A stretch of 64,000 bases of DNA from Trichoplax sp. H2 (lineage: Eukaryota): the NCBI GenBank assembly GCA_003344405.1, contig NOWV01000027.1, positions 434,001 to 498,000 on the forward strand. The letters run 5' to 3'. A model generated the notes under the pieces. It saw only the letters and a list, made by a program, of their open reading frames with translations, had not been told where the DNA came from and made no database searches. This document shows positions 1 through 12,900 of the stretch, one piece after another (within the stretch, counting starts at the first letter, position 1; each line of letters opens with the position of its first letter). The translations under genes were made by a program, and so were the position numbers.

Positions 1-347
1 ACTTCAAATACAGTATTGGTTACTTCTTCTACGATGGCTATAAAGAATTTTATTTTTATTAAAATGTAAACGATTATCACATTGATATAAAGACATGGAA
101 GTGCTTTAATTTTAATAATGTAGGCCGTTGATATTGAAACTTGATATAATTATTTACTCTATTTATTTTTCAGTATACACACTGCTTATTTCTAAATTTT
201 ACGTATACATATACTGTATATTGCTGATAATATTCTGACATAATGGCACTGATACCTAAAACTGGTTATTAAGACTTGTTATAGTTAACTATTAGCAAGT
301 ACAAATAATATTTGCCTCTGCGTAACTGCTATGCTACTAATAATTAC

Positions 348-2051
348 CTCATTAATACCAGACTTGTTGACCGATATTTCTTCAACGATTCGACATATAA
401 CCTTTGTCATAAAGACAAGCATAACTCTAGTAGATAATTCTCCTTGCCTATGCTCAATTTCCTGAATATAACTATTCACCGTAGCTTTGACGTCATCAAG
501 TGATTGGCCAGTTTCTTGTACAATCTAATTAAAGCAAGATGGGATGAAATTAGGCTTGGATAATCAACACCAGATTCTTAGCAGACAACTAATGATGCAT
601 CCAGAATAATCATGTTGCTATATTATACATCTGTATGATTGTATTGAAGGCCCGATATCATACAGAATGACTGAGCTCATTCCAAAAGTATTACATAATC
701 AAGAATTAGCTATTATCATTATTGACAATCAAGGTTAAAAATATCAACATTAGGATTTATCTATGTTTGTCTAATGCTTGTTATTAGTGCCTTATTGTTG
801 ATATCTCCTGATTACGTGTGAGCCATCCTGTAGTGATCTACTGTACAGTATAATGAAGATAGGACTTGAGCTACTTCTATCGCTGTGTACGGAATGGCTA
901 TCTCGTACTTTTTTTTAAGCTTATGTAGTGCAATGCAGTTACTCGGATACCACAATCTATTTGACACTGTGACCGTAGCAGGTAGTGACTGTCCTGTCCA
1001 AGGTATACCGTCACATCGTGTTTGATTCAGAAAACTACTCGTCCATTGCTGGCAAAACCAATTACAGTACTATTGTATATGATTGAAAGAACGATAGGAT
1101 TATCCAGTTAGAACGTAAAATAGCATACAGTAAAGTAAATTCAATAGTGATAACAATTTTAAAAGTTTGTGTCTTTGTACACTTTAGTGAAAATTCCAAT
1201 ATTCCAACAGGGTAATCACCAATGAACTGATCAGTAATTGATTAGCATAACTACGTACAGTACTGTCAGTATAACTTATACCATGCTGAGCGAACGATCT
1301 GCTTGCTATACTATTGACTCTGATAACTTGATTAAATAAATGTCCCCCATTCCTATGTAATGTAATGTTATGTTATATAATATGTCTACGGTATGCCATA
1401 ACTGATTTAACTCACTCGAACGTGTGCACCGTACATACTATCGATAAGCATGAAGAAATTAGTGCTCATCCTTTCTCCAAAAGTCGCTTTTAGCACGGTG
1501 TAGACAGAATCGTCCAATTCTTTTCCGAGTTCATTACTGATTTGCCACTGTATAATTTTATAATTACCAATATGCCATTGCAAATTTAGGTATTTTACTC
1601 ATTCTTTTCCATACCTATGATACAGTATTACTGTCCATTTGCAGAAAATGTCATCATTGTAAAAAGGCACAGCAGTATGGAAATAGCACAGTGTGACATT
1701 GGTCGATCTACTACATAGGCTGAAGATTGGAGAACTAAGGCAGAGTACATACTGGGGAGTGATGATTAAGCAAGAAAGTGATGTATTACCAATATCAAAT
1801 CCAAATTACCAACTAATTCAATATTTGGTAACCGATGTATTGACCAATGAATGCAAACTTACACTGTCCATCACAGCTAAAATTTTCCTTGATGATAGGA
1901 TATGATTTCTAATATCTTGTGGGGAAAATAGTTTGGCATGTTCGTAATGAAGATTAGTCGTTTTCGATTTCTTCGGGATGAATGGATTGAACGCATTCAA
2001 ATTCCCAACACCTGGACGAATAACATGACGATCTGATCGATAGTTGGCCAT
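348..2051 (-). CDS. GNPAT: Dihydroxyacetone-phosphate acyltransferase (GNPAT/DHAPAT)-like, 5' part; exons 2051-1863 and 524-348; gene continues beyond position 1
   Basis: Two phase-0 exons joined by a GT-AG intron give ...LFSPQDIRNHILSSRKILAVMDS|IVQETGQSLDDVKATVNSYIQEIEHRQGELSTRVMLVFMTKVICRIVEEISVNKSGINE. This resembles the GNPAT N-terminal region just before the HxxxxD acyltransferase motif, which is not in the window. Confidence 0.72.
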
Positions 2052-2534
2052 CTGCAAACCCAATGGTACTACTAACTATCGTCCAAAGTAGATGATTAAC
2101 AAGGGTAAGAAATGAAAAATAGACACGTCTAGAGATTGATAGTCTATCTACATCGATAGATGGTGTAGAATTCTATCCAATAATGACGATTTTTGTCGGC
2201 CTTATTAACTGAAAATGATGGAAAGAAATTACTTGAATGGCGACTCTTCAGTGTTGGCGTCGCTGATGTTGTGACTCCCACACGCGTCAATGTCAAAGTA
2301 GTGTGTACAGTACACCGTGTGTCACAGCTTAAAGGGTGACCCTAGAGTACAGTACAGTATGATTACAATGGACTGTACGTGAGTCAATGGATAGTGTGAC
2401 ACGATTGCACACGACAATAGTCATGGAGTGACTCCATGTTGGTGACAATGCGCGCGCGTCATTACAGCAGTAACGTCGTATCGTTGACAGTCCATCCAGA
2501 ACTGACACTGCACGCTGCTTAATATTTCCTTCGT

Positions 2535-2859
2535 CATCTTTGGCGAACTGAATTTGTACTTTTTACTTGATACGCATCAAAATATACACTGAGTGTCTAG
2601 TGGACACTAGAGACCCTGCATCCAAAAATGAGTATACACATCTTTGGCGTACTGAACTTGTACTTTTTACTTTATACGCATCAAAATATACACTGAGTGT
2701 CTAGTGGACACTAGAGACCCTGCATCCAAAAATGAGTACTGTATACACATCTTTGGCGTACTGAACTTGTACTTTTTACTTTATACGCATCAAAATATAC
2801 ACTGAGTGTCTAGTGGACACTAGAGACCCTGCATCCAAAAATGAGTATACTGTATACAC
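2535..2859. repeat. Tandem repeat, 3 copies of a ~104-109 bp unit
   Basis: Unit CATCTTTGGCG...TGAGTGTCTAGTGGACACTAGAGACCCTGCATCCAAAAATGAGTA starts at 2535, 2639 and 2748; it carries an internal inverted repeat TCTAGTG-GA-CACTAGA. Confidence 0.95.
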
Positions 2860-3798
2860 TGCAATAATGTACTGGTGAACAACACCGGTGAACTGCGATG
2901 TCAAAGTAACGCAGTAAAATATCCCCCTTAGTGCAGCTAGTGCTTACATAAACGCTATTCTGAAATTTACTGTTAATTTCATGCACAGTACAGCGATCAC
3001 TGTTGCTGAACAAAAGAGGTGTTGTCTGTACATAGACACGCCTGCACCCATGTCCACGTGGTCCAGTCTTCATTGAAGAGTTTGATCTAGACAAGACTAC
3101 ATTAACATTCAATCCTGTTTCATTGAAGAAACGTGGACCAATCTTCAATCTGATTTCATAAATGAAAATGTATATTGGTTAAAAATAAATTTGATTTAGA
3201 TCGATCGATATAAAACACAACGATTGACTCTATTCCACTACGGGTATACTATATAGCTCGCAAATTCGCTTTGCTAATATCGACAATTAATGAGGAGCAT
3301 TTGTTTCGTCACTAAGTAAACTTGAGCTATAGTATTTTCTAATCAAACCTCCACTGGCTGGTTTTGTTTTTCTCAACTGTTACCGTTATCGTTAATCCAA
3401 CTTTACATTCATAGTTAAGCGTGATCCTTTTGCAAAACTCTGCTAGCAATTACGAGTAAAATAGTTGTATTAAGGACTACTACAAAGCAAGTGCAAAATA
3501 GTGAGTGTAATGTGGAGGTTCCTTCGGTCATTCCATTCTACGATACGATATTAATGAAGGCGTATACTGTACCACATATTGGACAAAAGCAAGCTAGCAG
3601 CTAATTTGCAGGAAAATAGGAACCTGCGCATTGAAGGATAAGGTCACAGTTTTCGTCACGTTCAATCCATTTTTTAAATTCAATATTTTATTCTTATTTA
3701 TTTATTATTGTCATTCTTGATGCGTTCCATTGCTCTGTATCACTGCCTACTGTAGTGTACTGAAAAGGGATTACTTTCCTATAACCTATTTTAATAAA

Positions 3799-4083
3799 AG
3801 TATAAATGAAATGTATTGCTATCGGTACTGCATTAGCCCGTTCGTTTTAGTTCTATTTTTTCCCCAGTTAAAGCACTAAGACGAAATGAGAACAGTATAA
3901 ATGAAATGTATTGCTATCGGTACTGCATTAGCCCGTTCGTTTTAGTTCTATTTTTTTCCCAGTTAAAGCACTAAGACGAAATGAGACAGTATAAATGAAA
4001 TGTATTGCTATCGGTACTGCATTAGCCCGTTCGTTTTAGTTCTATTTTTTCCCCAGTAAAAGCACTAAGACGAAATGTGCACC
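3799..4083. repeat. Tandem repeat, 3 copies of a ~95 bp unit (2 more copies at ~4646-4835, partial copy from 5406)
   Basis: Unit AGTATAAATGAAATGTATTGCTATCGGTACTGCATTAGCCCGTTCGTTTTAGTTCTATTTTTTCCCCAGTTAAAGCACTAAGACGAAATGAGAAC starts at 3799, 3894 and 3988. Confidence 0.95.
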
Positions 4084-4849
4084 GTATAAATGAAATGAAC
4101 ACAGTGTACATTATAACAGTATGTGTGACAGACTGAAAGGACAGTATCTAGAGTGTACAGTGTACAGTACAGTATTGCAGACCGTCTGCAAGACTGTNNN
4201 NNNNNNNNNNNNNNNNNCTCAACTGTTACCGTTATCGTTAATCCAACTTTAAATTCATAGTTAAGCGTGATCCTTTTGCAAAACTCTGCTAGCAATTACG
4301 AGTAAAATAGTTGTATTAAGGACTACTACAAAGCAAGTGCAAAATAGTGAGTGTAATGTGGAGGTTCCTTCGGTCATTCCATTCTACGATACGATATTAA
4401 TGAAGGCGTATACTGTACCACATATTGGACAAAAGCAAGCTAGCAGCTAATTTGCAGGAAAATAGGAACCTGCGCATTGAAGGATAAGGTCACAGTTTTC
4501 GTCACGTTCAATCCATTTTTTAAATTCAATATTTTATTCTTATTTATTTATTATTGTCATTCTTGATGCGTTCCATTGCTCTGTATCACTGCCTACTGTA
4601 GTGTACTGAAAAGGGATTACTTTCCTATAACCTATTTTAATAAAAGTATAAATGAAATGTATTGCTATCGGTACTGCATTAGCCCGTTCGTTTTAGTTCT
4701 ATTTTTTTCCCAGTTAGAGCACTAAGACGAAATGAGAACAGTATAAATAAAATGTATTGCTATCGGTACTGCATTAGCCCGTTCGTTTTAGTTCTATTTT
4801 CTCCCAGTTAAAGCACTAAGACGAAATGAGAACAGTATAAATGAAATGA

Positions 4850-5170
4850 ACACAGTGTACTGTACAAGTGTACATTACAGTACTGTACTGTACTGTACTG
4901 TACTGTATGTGTGACAGACTGACAGGACAGTATCTAGAGTGTACAGTGTATAGTGTACAGTACAGTATTGCAAATGAAATAAACACAGTCAGTATGTGTT
5001 TAAATGAACACAGTGTACAGTACTGTACATTACAGTACTGTATGTGTGACAGACTGACGGGACAGTATCTCGCGAGGTGCAGACAGTATCTAGAGTGTAC
5101 AGTGCACAGTACAGTATTGCAGACCGTCTGCAAGACTGTAACTCACGTACTGTACTCAGTGTACTGTACG
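4850..5170. repeat. TACAG/CTGTA pentamer cluster between divergent GNPAT and RCE1
   Basis: CAGTACTGTACTGTACTGTACTGTACTGTA and repeated GTGTACAGTACAGTA words. Confidence 0.85.
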
Positions 5171-6217
5171 TGACCAACTATACAGACGGTGTGGACAGAA
5201 AGACGACTCACCAATAGATGAATGATATCAAACTAACTGCTCTATCAACAATTGTATTCATTCTTTCCTTTCCATCATCAACGAGCTATCATTCCATCCA
5301 CAGTATTTGAACAAATCTTCTTCTTCTAATTGCAATCTACAGTAAGTAACTTCAGTAAACAATATGGTTGTTCATTCTTAAAATANNNNNNNNNNNNNNN
5401 NNNNNAGCCCGTTCGTTTTAGTTCTATTTTTTCCCCAGTAAAAGCACTAAGACGAAATGTGCACCGTATAAATGAAATGAACACAGTGTACATTATAACA
5501 GTATGTGTGACAGACTGAAAGGACAGTATCTAGAGTGTACAGTGTACAGTACAGTATTGCAGACCGTCTGCAAGACTGTAACTCACGTACTGTACTCAGT
5601 GTACTGTACGTGACCAACTATACAGACCGCATGGACAGAAAGATGACTGACCAATAGATGAATGATATCAAACTAACTGCTCTATCAACAATTGTATTCA
5701 TTCTTTCCTTTCCATCATCAACGAGCTATCATTCCATCCACAGTATTTGAACAAATCTTCTTCTTCTAATTGCAATCTACAGTAAGTAACTTCAGTAAAC
5801 AATATGGTTGTTCATTCTTAAAATACATATTAACCAGTCTGGCACATTTGATCGAGATTCATTCAATTCAAATTGTAGGAACCATAACAACATGATGGCG
5901 ACATCATCTGAAGCGTACAATGATTGAATTATACGAATATACTTTATTATTGCTGCTTGTCAGACTACTATTTTGACACACTGCAAGACTTAATAAGTTA
6001 CTGCCAATTTGACTTGATGCTGTCATCATTGAATACCTACGTCTAGATACCTCTCTGAAAACGATTGATCTTATCGTGTACGATATTACCAGCCTCGAGT
6101 TGAGCCTCCGTTCCTTTCTTCACCGATACTTTATCCACTACTTTCACTCATTCCATCGTCTTGAATACAACACATCAACAACATAAACAACTTCTTACCG
6201 GCAGGGTAGTAGTAGTC

Positions 6218-8800
6218 ATGCCAGCACTAATAACTTTCGATCACCTAACTCCTGTTCAAAGCATCATTTCCTGTGCTCTTTTAGCCATACTATACGTTTG
6301 CAGCTTATACGTTTGGAAAAATAGCACCGACAGGTAAGCTCATATTACCATAATAATTAGAATAGCATTCAGCATACGCACAACAAACCTTCTGTTACAG
6401 TTAAATCGACCAAATGTATCTTTACAATTTTATATCAATCTTGCATGAATAATTCCTTTTTAATCTTGCAATTTCAATGAGTAGGAAAAATACTAATCGT
6501 TGGCCAATCGGCCCTGTCTTATAATCTGATTTTCTATCAAGTGTTGTTATGAAATGCATCATTACGTGTAAACAACGTCTTGATCTTAAGATACTGCAGA
6601 CAAATCCATAGCGCTAGCGTAACTATGATATATTTATTTTAGACATTGAAACGCTTGAAAATGCATAGCGATAACTTCTTTCTTTCTTTCTTTCTTCATG
6701 TCTAATGATACTATTACAAACGTCATTCAATTTAGAGATGATCCTCGGGTTATCAAGAAAAGGTTTATTAGTGTTCTGATTGTTTCTATTCTATCACCTA
6801 TTTATGTTTGGTGGTGGTCAACACCTGCTAAAGATGCCGAGGTAATGCGAGTACGATAATATTTACAGTAGATAAATCCAATTAATTCTTTGAAAGACTT
6901 AGCAGCTTTGATCAATTCTGAATTCCCTATTATAAAATTGTCCGCTTACCTAATATCCATAATATATTTTATAATTAATAGGGTTATACTATAGGGGTTT
7001 GGTTGGGATTGCGAATTGATAATATCATTCTTGCAACGATACTTCCTCTATTATTAACTACGGTAACTTTATTAGTCAATCATTTCTGCTTTATACGTAT
7101 ATCATGATACCATTTTAAATTATAAATTACGCTGCATTAGCATTACTAACGAATAATCTTGTTAAAACGAAAAAGTGGAGTATTAATCTTCATGAAATTT
7201 GTTCAATTTCTAAATGTAGCTTTTATACAATCTTCTTATCTTGAAAACAACTATGGAAAATTGAATCTATAAACACAAATGCATACTAAAATTTACATGT
7301 ACTTGTTATTTTAGATTTTATTTCTAGGACCTTTAGCACTAATAATATGCAACGATCCAAGTTCGATCCTATATGGTATTTCATTACTATAGATGTGAAT
7401 GTAGAAATAATGTCAATATCTGAATGAGCCACGCAATAACTATACAATTAATGCTATCCATATTCCATAATAATATCAATTAAAGGGGTTTATCGTTGAA
7501 AGCGTTTCTTTGTTATTGAACTAGCTGTCATAGACATACCACATAAAATCTTTGATATATATTGGTTAAGGAGTCATATTATGGTATGTTTCAGGCTTAT
7601 TGGTGTATCTACTATCACACCTCATAATTATGATAAATATGATAATAATGTCTGTATGTACATACTAGTGCATATTTTTGTAATAGTCTCTAGGAATAGG
7701 ATTTCTGCAGTCAATCTCTCTCTTATAGTAGCTAATAATTCCATAATTATTATTCTTAACTATCTTAAATCTATTTACGTACTGCGCTATATCTATTTAT
7801 GTCTCATAATCAAATTTATGTATTGCAGGCACCATTTACAGAGGAATTTGTATATCGTGCATGTATGCTGCCGATACTATTTTCTCAATTCGGATTCACA
7901 ATGGCAATACTAATTTGCCCATTAATGTTTGGCTTAGGTACGTTATCATTTTATTGAATATCGATTATAATGATATTATGCTTACTAATAATAGGGATAT
8001 AAAGTTCTTAATTCTACTCAGTTACATTCTATAATATGTGTAATCGTATTCTATTTATACAGCTCATCTTCATCATTTGATTGAAAGAATTATAAGGAAA
8101 GATAGCTCTCTTAGTAACGCTATTGCTATTACAGGTACGAATAGTACTCATGCTAATCAATATCACAATTAAGGATTACCAAGTATTAAATGTCATCTTT
8201 AATTATTTTTTTTGATAACTACGATCTTAAATATCTCCACAATAATTACAATCTAGTATTTCAATGTGGATTCACCACAGTGTTTGGCTGGTATACCTCT
8301 TTTGTGTTTCTTCGAACTGGTAAATTCATACGAAATCGGATTATGAAATTAATTACGACTCCGATATGTCATTGTATACGCCGTTTGCGTGAGAATAGTT
8401 TTTTCTTTAAATTAAATTATTCATGGTTCTAGAGAGTATTAAAATAGTAATAGAATCTTATATTAAAACAGAATTATTCTACTTTTAATCTATCATTTTT
8501 AGGCCATATAATTGGCCCAATTGTGTGCCATGCATTTTGCAACAGTATGGGATTTCCAACATTTAGCGATATTGACTATTGTAGATACCCTAAATGTAAG
8601 TTTCAATTACTGGCTGCTAAAGTAACGGTTTTACACGTGTACCTTGAAACTAATATTATTTTAAATTTAATCATTACCATTTTTTAGTAATTTGGACCGC
8701 CTATATTGTTGGTTTAGTAATGTTTGTCATACTTTTATTTCCATTAACTAATCCTGATTACTACCAAAGTCTTTATAGGAATATTGCTAACAATAAATAG
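6218..8800 (+). CDS. RCE1: CAAX prenyl protease 2 (RCE1), 10 exons (approx. 6218-6333, 6736-6841, 6982-7062, 7315-7375, 7534-7583, 7829-7937, 8063-8133, 8257-8319, 8503-8595, 8688-8800)
   Basis: Spliced translation gives YVCSLYVWK, RDDPRVIKKRFISVL, LPLLLTTILFLGPL, APFTEEFVYRACMLP (catalytic EExxxR), FGLAHLHH and RTGHIIGPIVCHAFCNSMGFP (HxxxN); all introns GT-AG; TAG at 8798-8800. Confidence 0.96.
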
Positions 8801-9930
8801 CAAAGATTATTTACTAGTAGTAATACGTGTATTCTTGACTTAGTCGCATTTCCGCATAGATTTGTGATATGCGTCTTAACAAAGATGAAGCTACAACTTT
8901 TCGCCATTAAGATAATTGCCACCTATTATACCAGATACTGTACATTAACTTTGGATTTCTTGTACAAGACTAGGTATTTTTAATAAGTTATGACGAGTAA
9001 TGCCTATGAAAGGTCTAAATGTATCATTTATATGATCGCTATTAATACTTACATTTACCAAAAAATTGCTCTTAGGCGATCTTATACGATATAAAATACG
9101 TATATAATTATACATAAGTAATTGCTGTTCTGATTATACATTCGAAGCTTATTAATGCTAATGGCTGTCAGAGTAATCAACTGATTACTGATATAATATG
9201 TAATTGACTTTAAAAATTTTTTCGATTTGTTTTATATTCCTGTGGAGTACTGTATATGTCGGTGTATATTAGCTGTCAACAATAAAGACGCCGTAATTGA
9301 AATAGATTAGAATACTTCGATGCCCTTTAGTAATTTTATTCTTCATCTAGTTATATTATTACGTCAGAAAGTCGAAATCATTTATCAAGAGAGATTAACA
9401 TTATTTCGTGTTCCATGTTACTTAAAACTGAGATGGATGATTTTAAAAATTCAGTTTATAAGTTATCTGGAAGTCACCAAGTCGACAGAGCATGTTCAAT
9501 TAAATTGGTGGTAATAAGTCCTTCCAAAGTGTAGACAACATCATATTATTATATATATATTGTATATGTGATGACCATATGTTGTTCTTAACTACAATTT
9601 TGAGCAAAATTTACAATTTGGGAATATAATAATTTAATTTAAATTGCATGTAAATACTATACATGTTATATACCGATAGATGCCCTATCGCTAATCTTAA
9701 AAGTTTGCATATACAGCATACTTGTATCGTCATGTATTGCGGAATCATGATTAAAAAATAATAACCGAGTAGAAATTAAAAAAATTCTAATAAACTATTT
9801 GTTATAAGTTAAAGAAGCATATCTCTTTGTATATGAATAATCGGTAATTTTCATTTAAATTACTTCTCCAAATTGTGTTTGTAAATAATAATAATGAAAG
9901 TGAGAACTATATCGTCACTATGGACACCAA

Positions 9931-12900
9931 TTAATAGGGTGTCTGTGCACGTTGACCAGCACGATAGGCATTACTTAATGCAGTATTCCAGCTAAGATTG
10001 CGAGCATTATAAGTATTAGTTTGTTTTAATAATTGTTCAATTCGTGCTATAATTTCATAATCCGGTATTGGTAACGTAGAAACTTCTAAGCCGAGTAGCC
10101 GAGCTAACGTCTGGCGAAATTCTAGTAACTAAAAGTTATGAAAATGAAACAAGGTTAGTTAGTATAAAGAGCTTATGAATATATTTGTAATAATACAAGC
10201 TAAGGAGTAGTATAAACTTCCAGTCTGAATCTAATAGTAATATTTAGAAAGACATGAAAATTCTATAGCGACAGTTGCAATGAAATTTAATAGCTACCTG
10301 ATTTTCTCGAGCTCTCATAATTTCCATTTCTTGCTTGATTTTACGTAAATCCTTTTGAAGTTGTGCTGCAATACCTTCAGTTAATTCTTTGTCGTCTTTA
10401 TGCAATGTACCTTGCAAATCTATTTCATTTTTCAACGACGAAAATTTCTTAGTTGCTCTAGCTTTAGCTTTACTTAATCTGTCAATGGTTGTCTCCAAAT
10501 CCAATATTGTCTTACTTTGCTCCACAACTTTAGACTGAATTAGTTAATAATAGAAATTGATATTTACTGTGAGGTAGTAAATTTATTACTTACAACATTC
10601 AGATAAATTTCACAACAACGAGTGAATATATCTTAATTTTTGTTTAAGTTACCTTCAAATCTGATGATGAAAGAAGCCTAGATTTTAACTCCAAAATAAT
10701 TTGTTTCTGATCTTGTATCTGTCTTTTTAGCCTTCTATTTTCGCCATGTGAATCACGAAGCTATTATTATAATGATAAATGACATGGTATCGATTAATCT
10801 CAAGAATAAATACAATATTACACCACAAAATAACTTTATTCGTTGAAGGAAATAATGATTACACATACTCTTTCCATGGTGTGCTCCTTTTCAGCTTCTA
10901 TATGTTGCTGGCCAGATGCTTTTTCCCTGACAGTTGAAAGTTTTTTCTTCATTATATCAATCTGAAGCTCTTTACTTTCTAGCTGCTGCTTTAAAGTTTT
11001 AATTTTTCGCAGTTGATTCTGTAAGGTCACTTTTCTATCGCCAAGTGATAGCAGCTAAGCAAAAGTAGACATTGAAATCCAACATTGTTAATATTTATGA
11101 TAGGTATTCTGCTAGATCAATTATTAAATATCTCTATAAAATAAAGGATTTCATGAGATAAAAATTAAGCAAAGAAGACTGATTATTAATAACGTACAAC
11201 TAACACCTTTTTTAAGTCGTTTAGGAATTTAATTCACAAACATGATTGCCTTCTTAACATCATATTTGGTTAATACTCATTACCTCTTTGTTAACCAATT
11301 GTTCAACACGAGATAGGAGAGCATCTTCATCATCGAAAGCGACTTCTTCGGTAAATTCACTCAAGTTGATTACAGACGCTAATTTCCTACAGAAATTCCT
11401 ATACTGTTTATCCATGATATAAAAAATTTTAGTTATTTTTTAACCTACGTAAAGATGAATCTTTTTCTAGATTCTACAAACTAAATGTAGAAGTGAATTG
11501 GTTTTCTTCATGTACATTATGCAGCAACGAATATATAAAACTTAACCTATCATTAATCGAAAATTGCTAACGCATAATAGATGCATTGGAAGTAGTAAAT
11601 ATCTAGAAGCTAGCTTCCTAACCTTAACTTTCTCGTCTTTTAGTGTAGATTTTACAGTATCTGTTGCCAGTAATTCACTTTCTAGGTTGCCCATTCGATC
11701 ACCGTAATCTTTCAATTGATCTTCAGCTTCTGCCGCTCGTTGTAAGGCAGAGTGTTGTAATTCACATTGTTTTTCGAGCTGATCGCTCAAAGTTTTGACT
11801 TTCTCTTCCAATTCTTCTGAGTACTGTAATGTTATATTTAATAAATTGTTTTTTAAAACAAGCATTATGCAATTTCAGAATATGAAATTAAAGCATTAAG
11901 ACGCACTGGCGTAATTTTAGGGTAGGATTAATCTTACCTCTGACAATTCGCGGTATTTCTTTAAGATAGCACGTAATTTTTCGCGAACAATATCTTCATC
12001 TTCATCATCTATTAAGTCATCACCTAGCAATTTATAAATTTCTTTTCGTAAGCCCAAAACCTATAAATTAAAAAGGCCAATTAGAAATAGGCTAAAAACT
12101 GGTACGGGTTTTAAAAAAATATAAGGATGCATACTTGGCCTCTAGAGAGATCATTTGCTCGCAGTGCTGCATCTAATGATGCAATTCTGGCATCTTTCTT
12201 TTCCAGCTCCCTTTCTGCGGCACGAAGAGCTGTAGATGCTGCTTCTAGACGGTCTTTCAGTTGTTTACTTTCTAGCTCTAATCCATCCTTGATTAAAGAT
12301 AGCGAACTATAACGACTTTCAAATTCTTCTAAACGATGATTTATTTTACTGGAAGTCTTTTGTTCGCGACCAACTTCGGAAACAAGGCGCATGATCGTTT
12401 CCCTAATTATTAACAATATTATTGTTATTCTTTAATGTCGCGATCTCGATACATTTAGCAACATAAAATTTTTAAATTATTGAATAATATCATGATTGCA
12501 GATACTAAAATTTTTCTTCATACCTGCTAGCCTTTGATTCGAGATCCATGCTCTCTATACTTCGCGATAAGACATCTGCTTTCTCATGATAGAGATCTCT
12601 TTCTTGTAAAACTTCTTCAATCTGTGCCGTAACAAAATTTAGAAAAATGATCAAAAATTGCCATTCTATCTACATATTATACTTGAAAGAGAGTAATTAC
12701 CAGTAGATCTCATCTATGTTATGTTTTGTAAAATAGATACTTACACGGACAGCGATATCTTCAGCAGAGCAAGCTAACAGAGAAGAAGAATCGATTCCAA
12801 GGTATCTACTTGCTCTCTTACCAATTTCTTGCAACTTTTTAGATTAATATAAGAGCCGAAGATTAGTATATTCATAAAGCACTATAATAGGATGCTAGGA

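Larger units (their letters stand above)
3372..5825. repeat. Near-identical duplicated block interrupted by two N gaps (4198-4217, 5386-5405); probably two haplotypes assembled in tandem
   Basis: 3372-~3900 recurs at 4218-~4745; ~4024-4197 recurs at 5406-5579; ~5110-5385 recurs at ~5550-5825. Copy boundaries coincide with the N runs. Confidence 0.9.

Noticed and set aside
2535..4083. Regularly spaced repeats resembling a CRISPR array
   Set aside because: Units are contiguous with no unique spacers, the context is eukaryotic, and no cas genes are present.
4065..5518. Tyr/Cys/Thr/Val-rich ORFs (also at 15142-16979, 32815-33670, 59622-59915)
   Set aside because: They are translations of the TACAG/CTGTA repeats, which lack stop codons in several frames; there is no splice structure or protein-family signal.
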